64,000 bases of DNA from Phycisphaerales bacterium. GTDB taxonomy: Bacteria; Planctomycetota; Phycisphaerae; Phycisphaerales; UBA1924. Below the pieces are notes generated by a model. It had not been told where the DNA came from, made no database searches, and saw nothing but the letters and a program-made list of their open reading frames with translations. Positions 29,448 to 39,900 of the stretch are shown here, piece after piece. A program made the translations under genes and the position numbers. The stretch is taken from contig CANHCQ010000005.1 in assembly GCA_947459215.1 (NCBI GenBank), forward strand, positions 83,467-147,466, given 5' to 3'. Each line of letters begins with the position of its first letter. Position 1 is the first letter of the stretch.

Positions 29448-30119
29448 ATGGCCGCGGAATCCGAAGAAGAGGGCGGCGGCGAGGCCGCCTTTGGGAGCAT
29501 GGCCTTGCAGAGGTACAACGTCGAAGCGGTGGATTCCAGCGGCAAGTCCGTCCGGCGCAGCGTCCAGGCGGCCAACGTCGGCGACGTCGAGCGTCTGCTC
29601 GCCGCGGAGGGATTGACCATCCGGGCCGTCGCCGCCGATACCAGCACCGACCCCGCCCCCGACACCCCCACCGTCAAACCCGCCGGGCCCGAGGAAGTCG
29701 TGTGGACCGGATCGCCCAGCCAATGGCTGAACTTCTGGTGGTACGTGTCGTGCATCTTGCTCATCCCGATCCCCATCGCGATCTGGAAGTTCCTGGAACT
29801 GCGGGCGACGGACTTCACCGTCACCTCCCAGCGCATCAAACTGGAGTCGGGCGTCCTTTCCAAGACCTACGACCAGGTCGAGTTGTACCGAGTCAAGGAC
29901 ACCATTCTCACCCGGTCCTTGCTGCAACGCATCTTGGGCCTGGGCTCCATCAAAATGCTCACCAGCGACCCCAGCCAGCCAGAACTCACCATCCCCAGCA
30001 TCCCGAACTCCGAAAACGTCCGCGAGATGATCCGCCAGAACGTCGAACGCATGCGACGCCTGCGCGGCGTTCGGGAACTCGACGTCGCCGACGATATGTT
30101 GCCCCACAACCACGGTTAG
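29448..30119 (+). CDS. Bacterial PH-domain (bPH_2, YdbS/YdbT-like) membrane protein
   Basis: VVWTGSPSQWLNFWWYVSCILLIPIPIAIWKFLELRATDFTVTSQRIKLESGVLSKTYDQVELYRVKDTILTRSLLQRILGLGSIKMLTSD is a typical two-TM + bPH_2 arrangement. Start uncertain (ORF opens at 29400 with GTG). Confidence 0.55.
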   Translation: MAAESEEEGGGEAAFGSMALQRYNVEAVDSSGKSVRRSVQAANVGDVERLLAAEGLTIRAVAADTSTDPAPDTPTVKPAGPEEVVWTGSPSQWLNFWWYVSCILLIPIPIAIWKFLELRATDFTVTSQRIKLESGVLSKTYDQVELYRVKDTILTRSLLQRILGLGSIKMLTSDPSQPELTIPSIPNSENVREMIRQNVERMRRLRGVRELDVADDMLPHNHG

Positions 30120-30192
30120 CAGTTCGCAGCCCCAAGCGTCCCTGGCACACTGGGCGAGACCCCGCGGCGTGTGATACAGTGTGCATCATCGC

Positions 30193-30978
30193 ATGCCGCA
30201 GGACTTCCCCAAACGCATCGACGCCTTGGCCGCCGACCTGGAATCGCAGGGCCGTCGCGTGCAGTCGCTCCTCGAACTCGCCTTCGACGCGTTCTTCAAC
30301 AAGGACGGCGCCAAGGCCCTTCAGGTTAACACGGACGACGACGCGATCGACTCGGCGGACGTGGCCCTTGAGAAAGCCTGCGTCTCGCTCCTGACCGACG
30401 CGACGAACGAGACCTCCAGCCTGGGCGAGGCCAACCTCCGCCGCGTCTTGACCATCGTCAAGGTCAACAACGAACTCGAACGCATCGCCGACGGCGCGGT
30501 CGACATCGCCGCCCTGATCTCCCCGACCGCTTTGCCCGGCCACAATCACCATACCGCCGCGCCGCCGCCGCCCGGCCTGACCGGCAAGCACATGGGCACG
30601 GGCTTCACCCTGTCGGCCCAATCCGCCAGCCGCGCCATCCCGCCGACCTTCCGCATGATGGCCAACAGCGTCGTCGGCATCCTGCGCGACACCACAATCG
30701 CCGTCTCTCGCTCCGACGCCGCGCTCGCCAAAGTTGTGCTGCAGAGCCAACATTGCGTGACAGCGTTTAAGGACGCGATCCTGCGCGACGCCGAGCAGCA
30801 GATCGCCAAGGGGACGATGCCCACCGACTTCGCCTTCCTCCTGCACGAAGTCGCCAGCCAGTGCGAGATCGTCGCCGACCACTGCACCAATATCGCCGAA
30901 CAGGTCATCTACGCCAGCACCGGCGCCATCGTGCGGCACACGCCCACGCAATGGATCGAAGTGCCGCGGCAGGGGTGA
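30193..30978 (+). CDS. PhoU-domain protein (two PhoU-like repeats separated by a Pro-rich linker)
   Basis: NNELERIADGAVDIAALI and ASQCEIVADHCTNIAEQVIYASTG resemble the PhoU repeat consensus (ERIGDHAxNIAE). Confidence 0.5.
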   Translation: MPQDFPKRIDALAADLESQGRRVQSLLELAFDAFFNKDGAKALQVNTDDDAIDSADVALEKACVSLLTDATNETSSLGEANLRRVLTIVKVNNELERIADGAVDIAALISPTALPGHNHHTAAPPPPGLTGKHMGTGFTLSAQSASRAIPPTFRMMANSVVGILRDTTIAVSRSDAALAKVVLQSQHCVTAFKDAILRDAEQQIAKGTMPTDFAFLLHEVASQCEIVADHCTNIAEQVIYASTGAIVRHTPTQWIEVPRQG

Positions 30979-31153
30979 TTGCCCCCACCCCGACATTCCG
31001 TGCGATTCTGGCCGCCCTGAAACTCGCCATCCGATACTACAAACAACCCTTCGTGCAGAGGTCTAGTGACCATGCGCGCTGGGGCCGCGGACGCCGTGCG
31101 ATGCGGGATCGCCGACGCCTTCGGCGAACGGGGCTGAGCCCCGGGGGATTTTC

Positions 31154-32848
31154 ATGCTCGGGATGATCGTTTTCGCCGCCTCCGTCGTCCTCGCCCTCTT
31201 GATCGTGGGCGCCTCGGTCAAGTTGCCGGGACAGACCAAACTGCTCGGGCTCGCCCTCGCCCTCGTCGTGCTCGTCGGCGGCCTGATCGCCGGGAGTGTG
31301 AAGTACGTCGGTTCCAACGAGGTCGGCATCATCTCCAAGCAGGCATTGGGCGCCTCGCTTGCCGGCGGCAAGATCATCGCCGTCGACGGCGAAATGGGCG
31401 TCCAAGCCGACGTCCTCGCCCCCGGTTGGCACTTTGGCTTCGTTCCCGGAATCTATTCGGTCAAGAACGTCGACCTGATCGAGATCCGTAACGACGAGGT
31501 CGGGCTGATCGAAACCGCCGATGGCGAGCCGCTCAACGACGGACAGCTTTTCGCTCCCGAGTTCAAACGCGACGAGTTCCAGAAAATGCTCGACGCCCGC
31601 CACTTCCTCACCGCCGGCAAAGGCAAGAAGGGCAAGCAAACCTCCGTCCTCACCCCCGGCAAGTACCGCATCAACACCGAGCTCTTTAAAATCCGCCCGG
31701 TCAAACAGACCGAGGTCCTTGCTGGCGAGGTCGCGGTGCTCAAGGCGAACTTCGGCGTCGCCCCTTCGCAGGTGATCCGCGGCGTTGCCGGCGCGCTCGA
31801 ACCCGGCATGGACGGGACCAACCTGCCGGACGAGAAACTGCTCAAACTCGCCAAGCCCGGCGAGATGGGCATCCAGGCAGACCCGCTGCCGCCGGGCAAG
31901 TACCCGCTGAACACCGAAGCCTTCACGGTCACCGAAGTCTGGACGACGCAGATGATCGCCCAGTTCACCGAGGCCTCGTGGGGCATCGCCACCTCCAACC
32001 AGACCGGGAACACGCAGCAGCAGTCTGCCTCGAATGCCAAGATGACGCACGACCCAGTGCTCGAAGAGCGGGCCATCACGGTCCGCACCAGCGACGGCTT
32101 CACGTTCCCGGTCGATGTCCGCGTTGAGTACGTGATCGAACCTCAGAACGCCGCAATCGTGGTCGCCAAACTCGGCGACGACGAAGGTGCCCGATTCCGC
32201 AACGCGCTCAACAGCGCGGTCCGAGCGATCTTCCGCAACAACGCCGAAGGCGTGCGGGCACTCGACTACGTGCAACAGCGCTCGCACCAGGAGTCCCAAT
32301 CACTCTCCGCGTTGACGAAGCAGATGAGCCGCTTCGGCATCACCGTCACCGCTGTCCGCATCGGCAACGTCGGCGATGAGAAGACCCTAGGCGCACTGCT
32401 CAAGACTCAGACCGATCGCGAAATCGCCAAGCAGGAGCAGCAGACGTTCCAGGAGCAGCAGAAGGCCGCGGAACAAAAGAAGAGCCTCGCCCGCGTGACG
32501 CAGGAATCCGAGGAAGAGAAGAAGCTCGCGACCGCGGCGTACAGCGTGAAGATCGCCGAGGAGGCCCAGAAGCAGAAGATCGTCGAGGCCAAGGCCGAGG
32601 CGGAATCGACCAAGATCAAGGCCACAGCGCAGTCCGACGCATATCGCCTGATCGCCGAGCAGATCGGCAAGAGCAACGCGGCCCTGGTCGAGATCCTGAA
32701 GATTGTGGGCGAGAAGAACATCCAGATCGCGCCGCGGGTGATGGTGAGCGGCGACAAGGGCATGGGCGGGGCGGGCACGGCGCTGATCGGCACAATGCTC
32801 GACAGCATGGTGAGCAAGGACGAGACGCCGGCACCCGCGAAGAAGTAA
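31154..32848 (+). CDS. SPFH/band-7 (flotillin-like) membrane protein
   Basis: N-terminal TM helix, an SPFH core, and a long Glu/Lys/Ala/Gln-rich coiled-coil tail (QEQQTFQEQQKAAEQKKSLARVTQESEEEKKLATAAY...), typical of flotillin/YqiK. Confidence 0.75.
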   Translation: MLGMIVFAASVVLALLIVGASVKLPGQTKLLGLALALVVLVGGLIAGSVKYVGSNEVGIISKQALGASLAGGKIIAVDGEMGVQADVLAPGWHFGFVPGIYSVKNVDLIEIRNDEVGLIETADGEPLNDGQLFAPEFKRDEFQKMLDARHFLTAGKGKKGKQTSVLTPGKYRINTELFKIRPVKQTEVLAGEVAVLKANFGVAPSQVIRGVAGALEPGMDGTNLPDEKLLKLAKPGEMGIQADPLPPGKYPLNTEAFTVTEVWTTQMIAQFTEASWGIATSNQTGNTQQQSASNAKMTHDPVLEERAITVRTSDGFTFPVDVRVEYVIEPQNAAIVVAKLGDDEGARFRNALNSAVRAIFRNNAEGVRALDYVQQRSHQESQSLSALTKQMSRFGITVTAVRIGNVGDEKTLGALLKTQTDREIAKQEQQTFQEQQKAAEQKKSLARVTQESEEEKKLATAAYSVKIAEEAQKQKIVEAKAEAESTKIKATAQSDAYRLIAEQIGKSNAALVEILKIVGEKNIQIAPRVMVSGDKGMGGAGTALIGTMLDSMVSKDETPAPAKK

Positions 32849-32924
32849 ACGTCGCACGATCGAGTTGCGACGCGTTCGCAACTCGGCCACCTTGAAGGAC
32901 GTTGTTCGGCGGATATGCAACCAG

Positions 32925-32963
32925 AGGCCCGAACAGGCAGGCTGTTCGGGCCTTTTCCTTTCC
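32925..32963 (+). terminator. Rho-independent terminator after the flotillin-like gene
   Basis: aggcccgaacag-gcagg-ctgttcgggcct followed by tttcctttcc. Confidence 0.55.
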
Positions 32964-33067
32964 GTCGCACGCTCGACTTTGCGAGGCCTCTCAGTAGACT
33001 CCATCCACCCCGCTCCGGGCAGCACATGCCGGACCATCGCGGAATCGGAGGCTGCACTTTGCTGAGG

Positions 33068-34664
33068 ATGCGTTCTGTCGTCGCCGGGATTGTTTCGCTT
33101 GGTCTGATGATGATGGCGCGTGCCCAGTGCACACCTCAGTGGTACCAGCCGCCGGTCACGGTCCCGACGATCGCCAACGGGCCGATCATGTCGGCCACCG
33201 CCTGGGATCCTGACGGCAGCGGGCCACTCCCGGAAAAGATCGTCATGATCGCCAACGGGCGCGTGTGCACCTGGGACGGCACGACGTTCACCGTCATCAG
33301 CGAGACCCCCATCCCCCGCAATCCACGCGACGCGATCGCCGTCTATAACAACGAGATCTACGTCGCCGGGTGGTTCACGAGCCTCAACGGGGTCTCGGCC
33401 CAGGGCATCGCCAAGTGGAACGGCTCGAACTGGCAGGCGGTGGGCTCCGCCACGGGGCAGGCTTCGTTCCTGTCGCTGAATCCGAGCCTGAGAGTCTACA
33501 AGGGCGAGCTGTATATGTCGGGCGGCTTCACCACGGCGGGCGGGGCGCCGAGCAGCTGCATCGCCCGATGGAACGGCACCCAATGGAACGGGCTTGCTGG
33601 TACCACCGTTCACGCCCATCAGCGGCGCTCTGGACATGCAGATCGTCGGCGATGACCTTTGGGTCGGCGGAGAGATCGCGGCCATTCCCGGCGTCGCCGG
33701 CTCGCGATCAGCCGCAAAGTGGAACGGCACGTCGTGGACCGGAGCGTCGTTCCCGTACGGCTCGGCCTCGTATGTGCGCTCGATCGGCGACTTCAACGGC
33801 ACGCCGTGGATGTTCGGCGCGTTCTACGACCCGACCAACACCGTGCTCATCGGCGGGATCATCCGGAAGACCGCCACGAGCTGGGAAGTTGTCCCCGGAG
33901 GTCCGGTCTCCGGCGGGCCCGTGGCGACCGTCACATCGTTCAAGATGTACCAGGGCAAGCTCGCGGTCGGCGGGCTCTACCTCAACGCCGGCCCGATCGT
34001 CAACGCCAACGACATCGCCCTGCACGACGGCACCACGTGGTACCGCATGCTCCAGGGCATCCAGCTCGCCCAGTTCAATCACTACGTCAGCACCATGCTC
34101 GTCCACCGAGGCGAACTGCACTGCTTCGGCCTGTTCAATCAGGTCAACGGCGTACCTCAGTTCAACTGGGCCCGCTGGTTCGACGGTCCGCCCGTCATCG
34201 TCACCCAGCCAACGCCCCAGCAGATCTGCACCGGCAACACATCCAAGACGCTCACGATCGCGACCGGCGGCGTGAACACGTTGCAGTGGCGCAAGAACGC
34301 CGTCCCACTCATCAATGGAGCGACTGGCACTGGCTCAACGATCTCCGGCGTCACCACCGAATCCCTCTTCATCAGCAACATCTCCCCGATCGATAAGGGC
34401 ATGTATGACTGCGTGCTCGTTAACACCTGCGGCACGCGCACCACCGATGCGGTGCACGTCTTCGAGTGTGTGGGCGATCTGAACTGCGACCATTTCGTCG
34501 ACGACGCCGACTTCGTGGAGTTCGCCAACGCCTACAACCCGCTGCCCTGCGACGAGCCTTTGATGCCCGTGCTCTGCCCGTCGGACTTCAACGGCGACGG
34601 ATTCGTTAACGACGCCGATGTCGTGACCTTCGCGACCGGATACAACACGTTGCTGTGCGAATAG
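33068..34664 (+). pseudogene. Secreted beta-propeller-like repeat protein with a C-terminal dockerin-like module, interrupted by a +1 frameshift near 33601-33610 (pseudogene, or a sequencing/assembly indel)
   Basis: ORF 32915..33655 (signal peptide MRSVVAGIVSLGLMMMARA from the ATG at 33068) and ORF 33594..34664 are in adjacent frames. They carry the same repeat pattern (..GGF..AGG....IA+WNG..W..) on both sides of the junction (...ARWNGTQWNGLAGT | PFTPISGALDMQIVGDDLWVGG...). C-terminus DLNCDHFVDDADFVEFANAYNPL...DFNGDGFVNDADVVTFATGYNTLLCE. Confidence 0.55.
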
Positions 34665-34770
34665 CTGGCAATCGAGAGAATCCGCCAAAATCGCCGCCTG
34701 AGAGCGCTTCCATGCAACATCTGCTGGATGAGAGCAGTAGCATGATTCGAAGCACCCGCCGGAGCGATTC

Positions 34771-35631
34771 ATGGCCCGAGAACACGCGATCGTTGGACTG
34801 TCCGCCTGCCTGACTGCGGGCGTGCTGAGCTGCGCCGCCATGGCCGCCACGCAAACCGCGGTCGCCCCGCAGGCAAACACCTTCGTCACCGGCTTCGGAC
34901 GCAACCTGCTGGCGTTCGGCCGCGTGCACCAGATGATCTTCGACCAGAGCACATTGACGATCCCGGTGGGATCGAGGATCACCGGAGTGGCGTGGCGGAT
35001 GAGTGACAACGGGACGACGACCTACCCGCTCGTCAACGAGGATTTCTTCCGCCTCGATATCTGGATGTCCACGGCCACCCGGCCGGCCGCTGCGATGTCC
35101 GCCGCCTTCAACGACAACGAAGGACTCGATCGCGTCAAAGCTCGCGGCGGGTTCTATCGCCTCCCGGCCGGCACCATGCCCCGGGCGATCGCCGGGCCCG
35201 CCCCGTTCGGCCAGCCCGTCGCCTTTACGACGCCCTTCATCTACCAAGGCGGCCCGCTCTGCATGACCATCCGTTCGACATCGCCCGTCCCCGCCGTCAG
35301 CAACGCCACCCTGAACAACTTCGACGGCACCGACGCCAGCGGCTCCGCGGGCAGACGCGCCCTCGATGATCCCGACTCCGTCACCGGCGGCAACGTCGGA
35401 GCCCTCGTTTCGCTCTTCACCTACACCCTCCCCTGCCCCGCCGACCTCAATGCCGATGGGTTTGTCGACGACGCCGATTTCTCGATCTTCGCCGTCGCGT
35501 ACGACCTGCTCTCTTGTGCCGATCCAGCGATGCCCATTGGCTGCCCCGCGGACCTCAACAACACCGACACCGTCGACGATGCCGACTTCTCGATCTTCGC
35601 CGTCGCGTACGACGCGGTGCTCTGCCCATAA
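34771..35631 (+). CDS. Secreted protein with a C-terminal tandem dockerin-like module
   Basis: Signal peptide MAREHAIVGLSACLTAGVLSCAAMAA. C-terminus DLNADGFVDDADFSIFAVAYDLLSCADPAMPIGCPADLNNTDTVDDADFSIFAVAYDAVLCP. Confidence 0.7.
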   Translation: MAREHAIVGLSACLTAGVLSCAAMAATQTAVAPQANTFVTGFGRNLLAFGRVHQMIFDQSTLTIPVGSRITGVAWRMSDNGTTTYPLVNEDFFRLDIWMSTATRPAAAMSAAFNDNEGLDRVKARGGFYRLPAGTMPRAIAGPAPFGQPVAFTTPFIYQGGPLCMTIRSTSPVPAVSNATLNNFDGTDASGSAGRRALDDPDSVTGGNVGALVSLFTYTLPCPADLNADGFVDDADFSIFAVAYDLLSCADPAMPIGCPADLNNTDTVDDADFSIFAVAYDAVLCP

Positions 35632-35646
35632 TCGACCACGGAGCAC

Positions 35647-36981
35647 TTGGGTCACGGCCGCCACAATGCTGCCGTAAACTTCGCCGTGCCGGACGCTTCC
35701 GACCATTCGCCCTGCCGCCCCTTGGGCCTCGGTTCCGAGGCTTTCATCGCACGCGCCAAGAGCGAGCTCGGCCTCGCCCGGCCCGCCGCGCTCGACGCGT
35801 ACAAGGACTTCTTCTGGCACGCACGTCCGTTCGACGCGGCGAACTACCCGTCCAGGCACAACCGTCACCAGCGAGCCCTTGGCGCAAGCGGAGGGTCGGA
35901 TTCCCTCCCAGAACCGAACCAGCCATCCCTTTGCGCAACCGGATCCACCGGCCACGCTGTCGCCCCGATCTCCAACGTCATCATCGACGAAGGCCCCGAA
36001 GGCAAGACCTTCAAGTTCACGCAGGACGTTCCCGCCGACGCCACCAAACTCGCCGAGCAGGTCAAGACCCTTCGCACCGAGAGCGTCCTGATCCCCATGA
36101 TCGGAAAACGCGGCGTGCGCACCTACACGCTCTGCGTCTCGTCCCAGGTCGGCTGCGCTATGGGATGCACCTTCTGCGAGACCGCCCAGATGGGGCTCAT
36201 CCGCTCCCTTACCGCGGAAGAGATCGTGCAGCAGTGGTACGCGGCGACGCACCTTCTTAAGCACCCCGAAATACCCGAGCCGGTTGTCACGCCGCAGGGC
36301 CTTGAAGGCCCGGTCCGCAACATCGTGTTCATGGGCATGGGCGAGCCGATGGACAACATCGAGAACGTGCTGGGCGCGATCGATGTGCTCCGCGATCACC
36401 GCGGTCCGTCGATCCCCATCAGCAAGATCACGATCTCCACTGTCGGCCGCGTCGACGGCATTTCTCGCCTCGCCGAGCAGATCAAGACCGCTGGCTGGCA
36501 CCGGTTGAACCTTGCCATCTCGCTCAACGCCGCCGACGACGACATCCGTTCACGCATCATGCCCGTCAACAAGCGGTGGAATCTCCGCGAACTGCAGCAG
36601 GCCTTGATCGACTACCCCGTCTTCGGCGGCGGCAAGCTCTGCATCGAGTACGTCCTCATCCCCGGCGTCAACGACACCGAGGCCGACGCCCAGAAGATTG
36701 CCGACTTCTTCGCCCCCATCAACGGCGACTACCAAGCCAAGCGTCAGATCAGCACGGCCCGGGCGCTGTTGAACCTCATCCCGTACAACCCGCGGCGGAA
36801 CTCGCCCTGGCCCGCACCCACCGAAGAGTCGGTCGATCGATTCATGGCGTGGCTGACGCAGCGGAATGTCTACGCCAAGCGCCGTCGCACCAAAGGTCGC
36901 GACCTCATGGGCGCCTGCGGCCAACTCGGCAGCGAGCACATCCGCCAGCGCAAGGTCGTTGACCTCACCGTGTCACAATGA
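35647..36981 (+). CDS. rlmN: Radical SAM 23S rRNA/tRNA adenine C2-methyltransferase (RlmN/Cfr family)
   Basis: CxxxCxxC radical SAM motif (VGCAMGCTFCETAQ). RlmN-typical IVFMGMGEPMDN and KITISTVG, with a conserved C-terminal Cys (MGACGQL). TTG start as in the ORF track; an internal unusual insert lies between the N-terminal helix and the core. Confidence 0.8.
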   Translation: MGHGRHNAAVNFAVPDASDHSPCRPLGLGSEAFIARAKSELGLARPAALDAYKDFFWHARPFDAANYPSRHNRHQRALGASGGSDSLPEPNQPSLCATGSTGHAVAPISNVIIDEGPEGKTFKFTQDVPADATKLAEQVKTLRTESVLIPMIGKRGVRTYTLCVSSQVGCAMGCTFCETAQMGLIRSLTAEEIVQQWYAATHLLKHPEIPEPVVTPQGLEGPVRNIVFMGMGEPMDNIENVLGAIDVLRDHRGPSIPISKITISTVGRVDGISRLAEQIKTAGWHRLNLAISLNAADDDIRSRIMPVNKRWNLRELQQALIDYPVFGGGKLCIEYVLIPGVNDTEADAQKIADFFAPINGDYQAKRQISTARALLNLIPYNPRRNSPWPAPTEESVDRFMAWLTQRNVYAKRRRTKGRDLMGACGQLGSEHIRQRKVVDLTVSQ

Positions 36982-36996
36982 GCCGCCAACCCCGCG

Positions 36997-39900
36997 TCAC
37001 CGCGGCGGTGCCTGCTCGCCCAGAATCGGCTGGCGACCACGGGCCTGCTCGAGCTTGGGCGTCAAGACAAACCCGAAACGCGACTCGTTGCTGATGACGC
37101 TGTGAGCCACGTTGAACCCGAGTTTCAGACTCTGGAACTCCCGCGACACCGATGCACCAACCGCCTGGAACTCGCCGGCAGTCGTGTCGTAACTCGTGCT
37201 CAGGCCCAGGATGTACTGGCTCGCCAAGCGGTAGCTCATGTTGGCGCCGAGCGTCGTCAAGTCGAGCGCATTGAGGTGGCGGTAGTCGAAGGCCGTCACG
37301 AGGTCCGGCGACTGCTGGAAGCTGATGCCGGCAGACGTGCGAGCCTGCTCCTTGCGATCGATGTCGTAGACCGAACCACCCGTCAGCGTCGTCGCATCGG
37401 TGACTCTCCACGAGCCGTCCGCGGTCCCGAATTCACCAAAGGACGAAAGCTCCGGCCGGAAGTCCAGGAAGCGTCCGACCGGCGAGCCGAGCTCGGTGTC
37501 ATTGCTCGCGTTCATGTAGTTCAAGTCGAGCGCAAAGACATCGACGCTGTAGTAGCGTCCCGGACGACCTCGCTGGGTCTGCCAGATCTGATTCACACCC
37601 GCCCGCCCGACGGTGCCCTTGTGAATGCCCTCCACGTCGTAGTCGTACACGGGAAGCGTGTCGCCCTTTCGGTTGGTCGCACTTGTGTACAGAGTCGCGT
37701 TCGGCTCGATGATGTGTCGCATGCGATGCAGGTCAAGCAGTCGATTCTCAACCGAATCATCGACTCGCTGAATCTGCGTGCTGGCGTTCACGCCCGTCGA
37801 ACCCCAGAAGCGATACCGATCGACGTCGTTGGTCCTGGCAAATGTCTCAAACTTGTGGTCGTATCCGGTCACCCGACCGACGGCAAACGGCACGACGTTG
37901 ACCGGACCAAGCTCCAGCTTCGCATTGACTTCCTGTCGCGTGTCGAAGCGATACACATCCTGTGGCAGATAGCCCTGCGCGGTCAGGTTGTCGTAGATCG
38001 TTTGGTTCGGCAAGATCCCGAACAGACGCAGCGCCGTCTCCCGGTTCGACACGCCGCGCTGGTCCAACTGCACTCGATCGAGCTTCATCGCGGTGCGGCT
38101 GAAGTCGTACTCGTGCGTCCAAGTGAAGATGTCGCCGAACCAATCCGACAGGATCGGGTCCGCCTGGCGGAGATACGTGATCTGCGGCAGCTTCGACACC
38201 GAGTACCCCTGGCTCAGCAACTGATACTCATTGGTCGAGAAGTCGTTCAGCGACCCCTTCAGGCGGGTCGCGAACATCGTGTTGTCCTCCACGCGGCGTA
38301 CATACGCCTGCGTCGAGAACTCCCGCCGCGTCTCGGCCATTTCGGGATAGAACGACTCAACAAACGTCGCATCCGACTGATACGCCAACTCGCCGAAGAA
38401 GGACCAGTTGTCGTCAAAGTCGACACGATGTTCGGTGAGGACCAAGCCGCGGTTGTCGCCACGGTTCTTGATGCGGTCACCGGTTTTGAGCACGTCGGTG
38501 CCCCGATCGTCGAACAGCCCATAGAGGAACGCGTTGCCGCGTGTGTCGGGTCCGGCCCACTCCAGCCTGGTACCGATGCCCGGCCCACGGCTGAAGTACG
38601 CGTCGAGCAGCAGGTCCGCGCGGGTAAACGCGGTGCCCTTGAGACCCAGCAAGCGATACGCATTCCAACGCGTCTTGAGCGCAAAGCCCGAACCCGAGCG
38701 GCTCTCCGCCCTCAGATCCCGCAGGAGCGGTTCGTCGATCGTGCCTTCGTAACTCGGCCAGTAGAAGAACGGCACGCCTTCCGCGTTCAGCGTAATGCCG
38801 CGGGCGTCCAAGTAGTTCTCGCTGCCAGATCCGGCACCACCGCCACCGCCGCCGCCCTGCGACGGATAGTCGGTATCGAGTTGATAGCCTCGGCCGTAAC
38901 CCGCGGCATCCACCATCGAGGCACCGTCGCCTCCGCCACCGCCACCACTGCCCGAACCACCAACCCATCCCGACACGGTCGGAATGAGCCCCTCAGGCTG
39001 ATTCTGGGCAGGCCGCCGCGTGATCGTCACCGTGCTGGCACCGACCGAGAAATCCGGCTCAAAGAAGCTACTGGTGGCCAGCTTCGCCTTCTTGGCGACA
39101 AACTCATTCGACGACTGCTGCCGGATCGACTCCGCACGGACGTAGAGCGGCAAACGCCGCTGCGAGTCGTACGTCCAGAAGACCGCGTCCAGCACCACCG
39201 CTTTGTTCTTCCGCACGTCGTAGAAGATCCGCGGCCCGCGCAGCGTGTACTGCCCGTCGGTCGCGATCACGTCGCCCTCGAGATAAATCCCACGAACATC
39301 GGCCGGACGCAACTTGCCGAGGTCTTCGATCTTGCGCGGCTCCATGAACACCACGCCGCGCTGCGCCGTCAGTTGCAACGACCGTCCCGCGCGCGAATCA
39401 GAGTACTGAATCACAAGGCCGTTGGAAAGCAGAAGCGAATTCTCAGTCTCGCCGCTGACCAGCGTCACGTCGCCCGGAGAAACCGTGAAGATCCCGTCCT
39501 TGGCGAAGATGGGGCCTGAGAATGTGGCGGACTCGCTGTCGCCGCCGGGGCCGATCTCGCGAGCGGCGCGAGCTTGCATCTGCGACGCCGTCGGCGGCAG
39601 GTACGAGCGTGCCTCCGACGGCACCGGCACCGACGGCCCGCGAATCGGGAAGTCCCGATCCATCGCCGCCTCGGCATCGACACCTTCTTGCCGACGCAGC
39701 GCCGCCGCCAGTTGCGACTCGCCCTCCGCGATGAACGGATCGTTCGGACGCCCCTGCGAGAACGTGTCATACGTCATCGAGATCGGGCGGTCGATCCGGA
39801 TCACGGCGCGCACCGGCAACCGATTTGCCTGCACACTCACACGAACATCCGCCACCGGCGACGCCACGCGATCGAAGTACACGAACACCTGATACACGCC

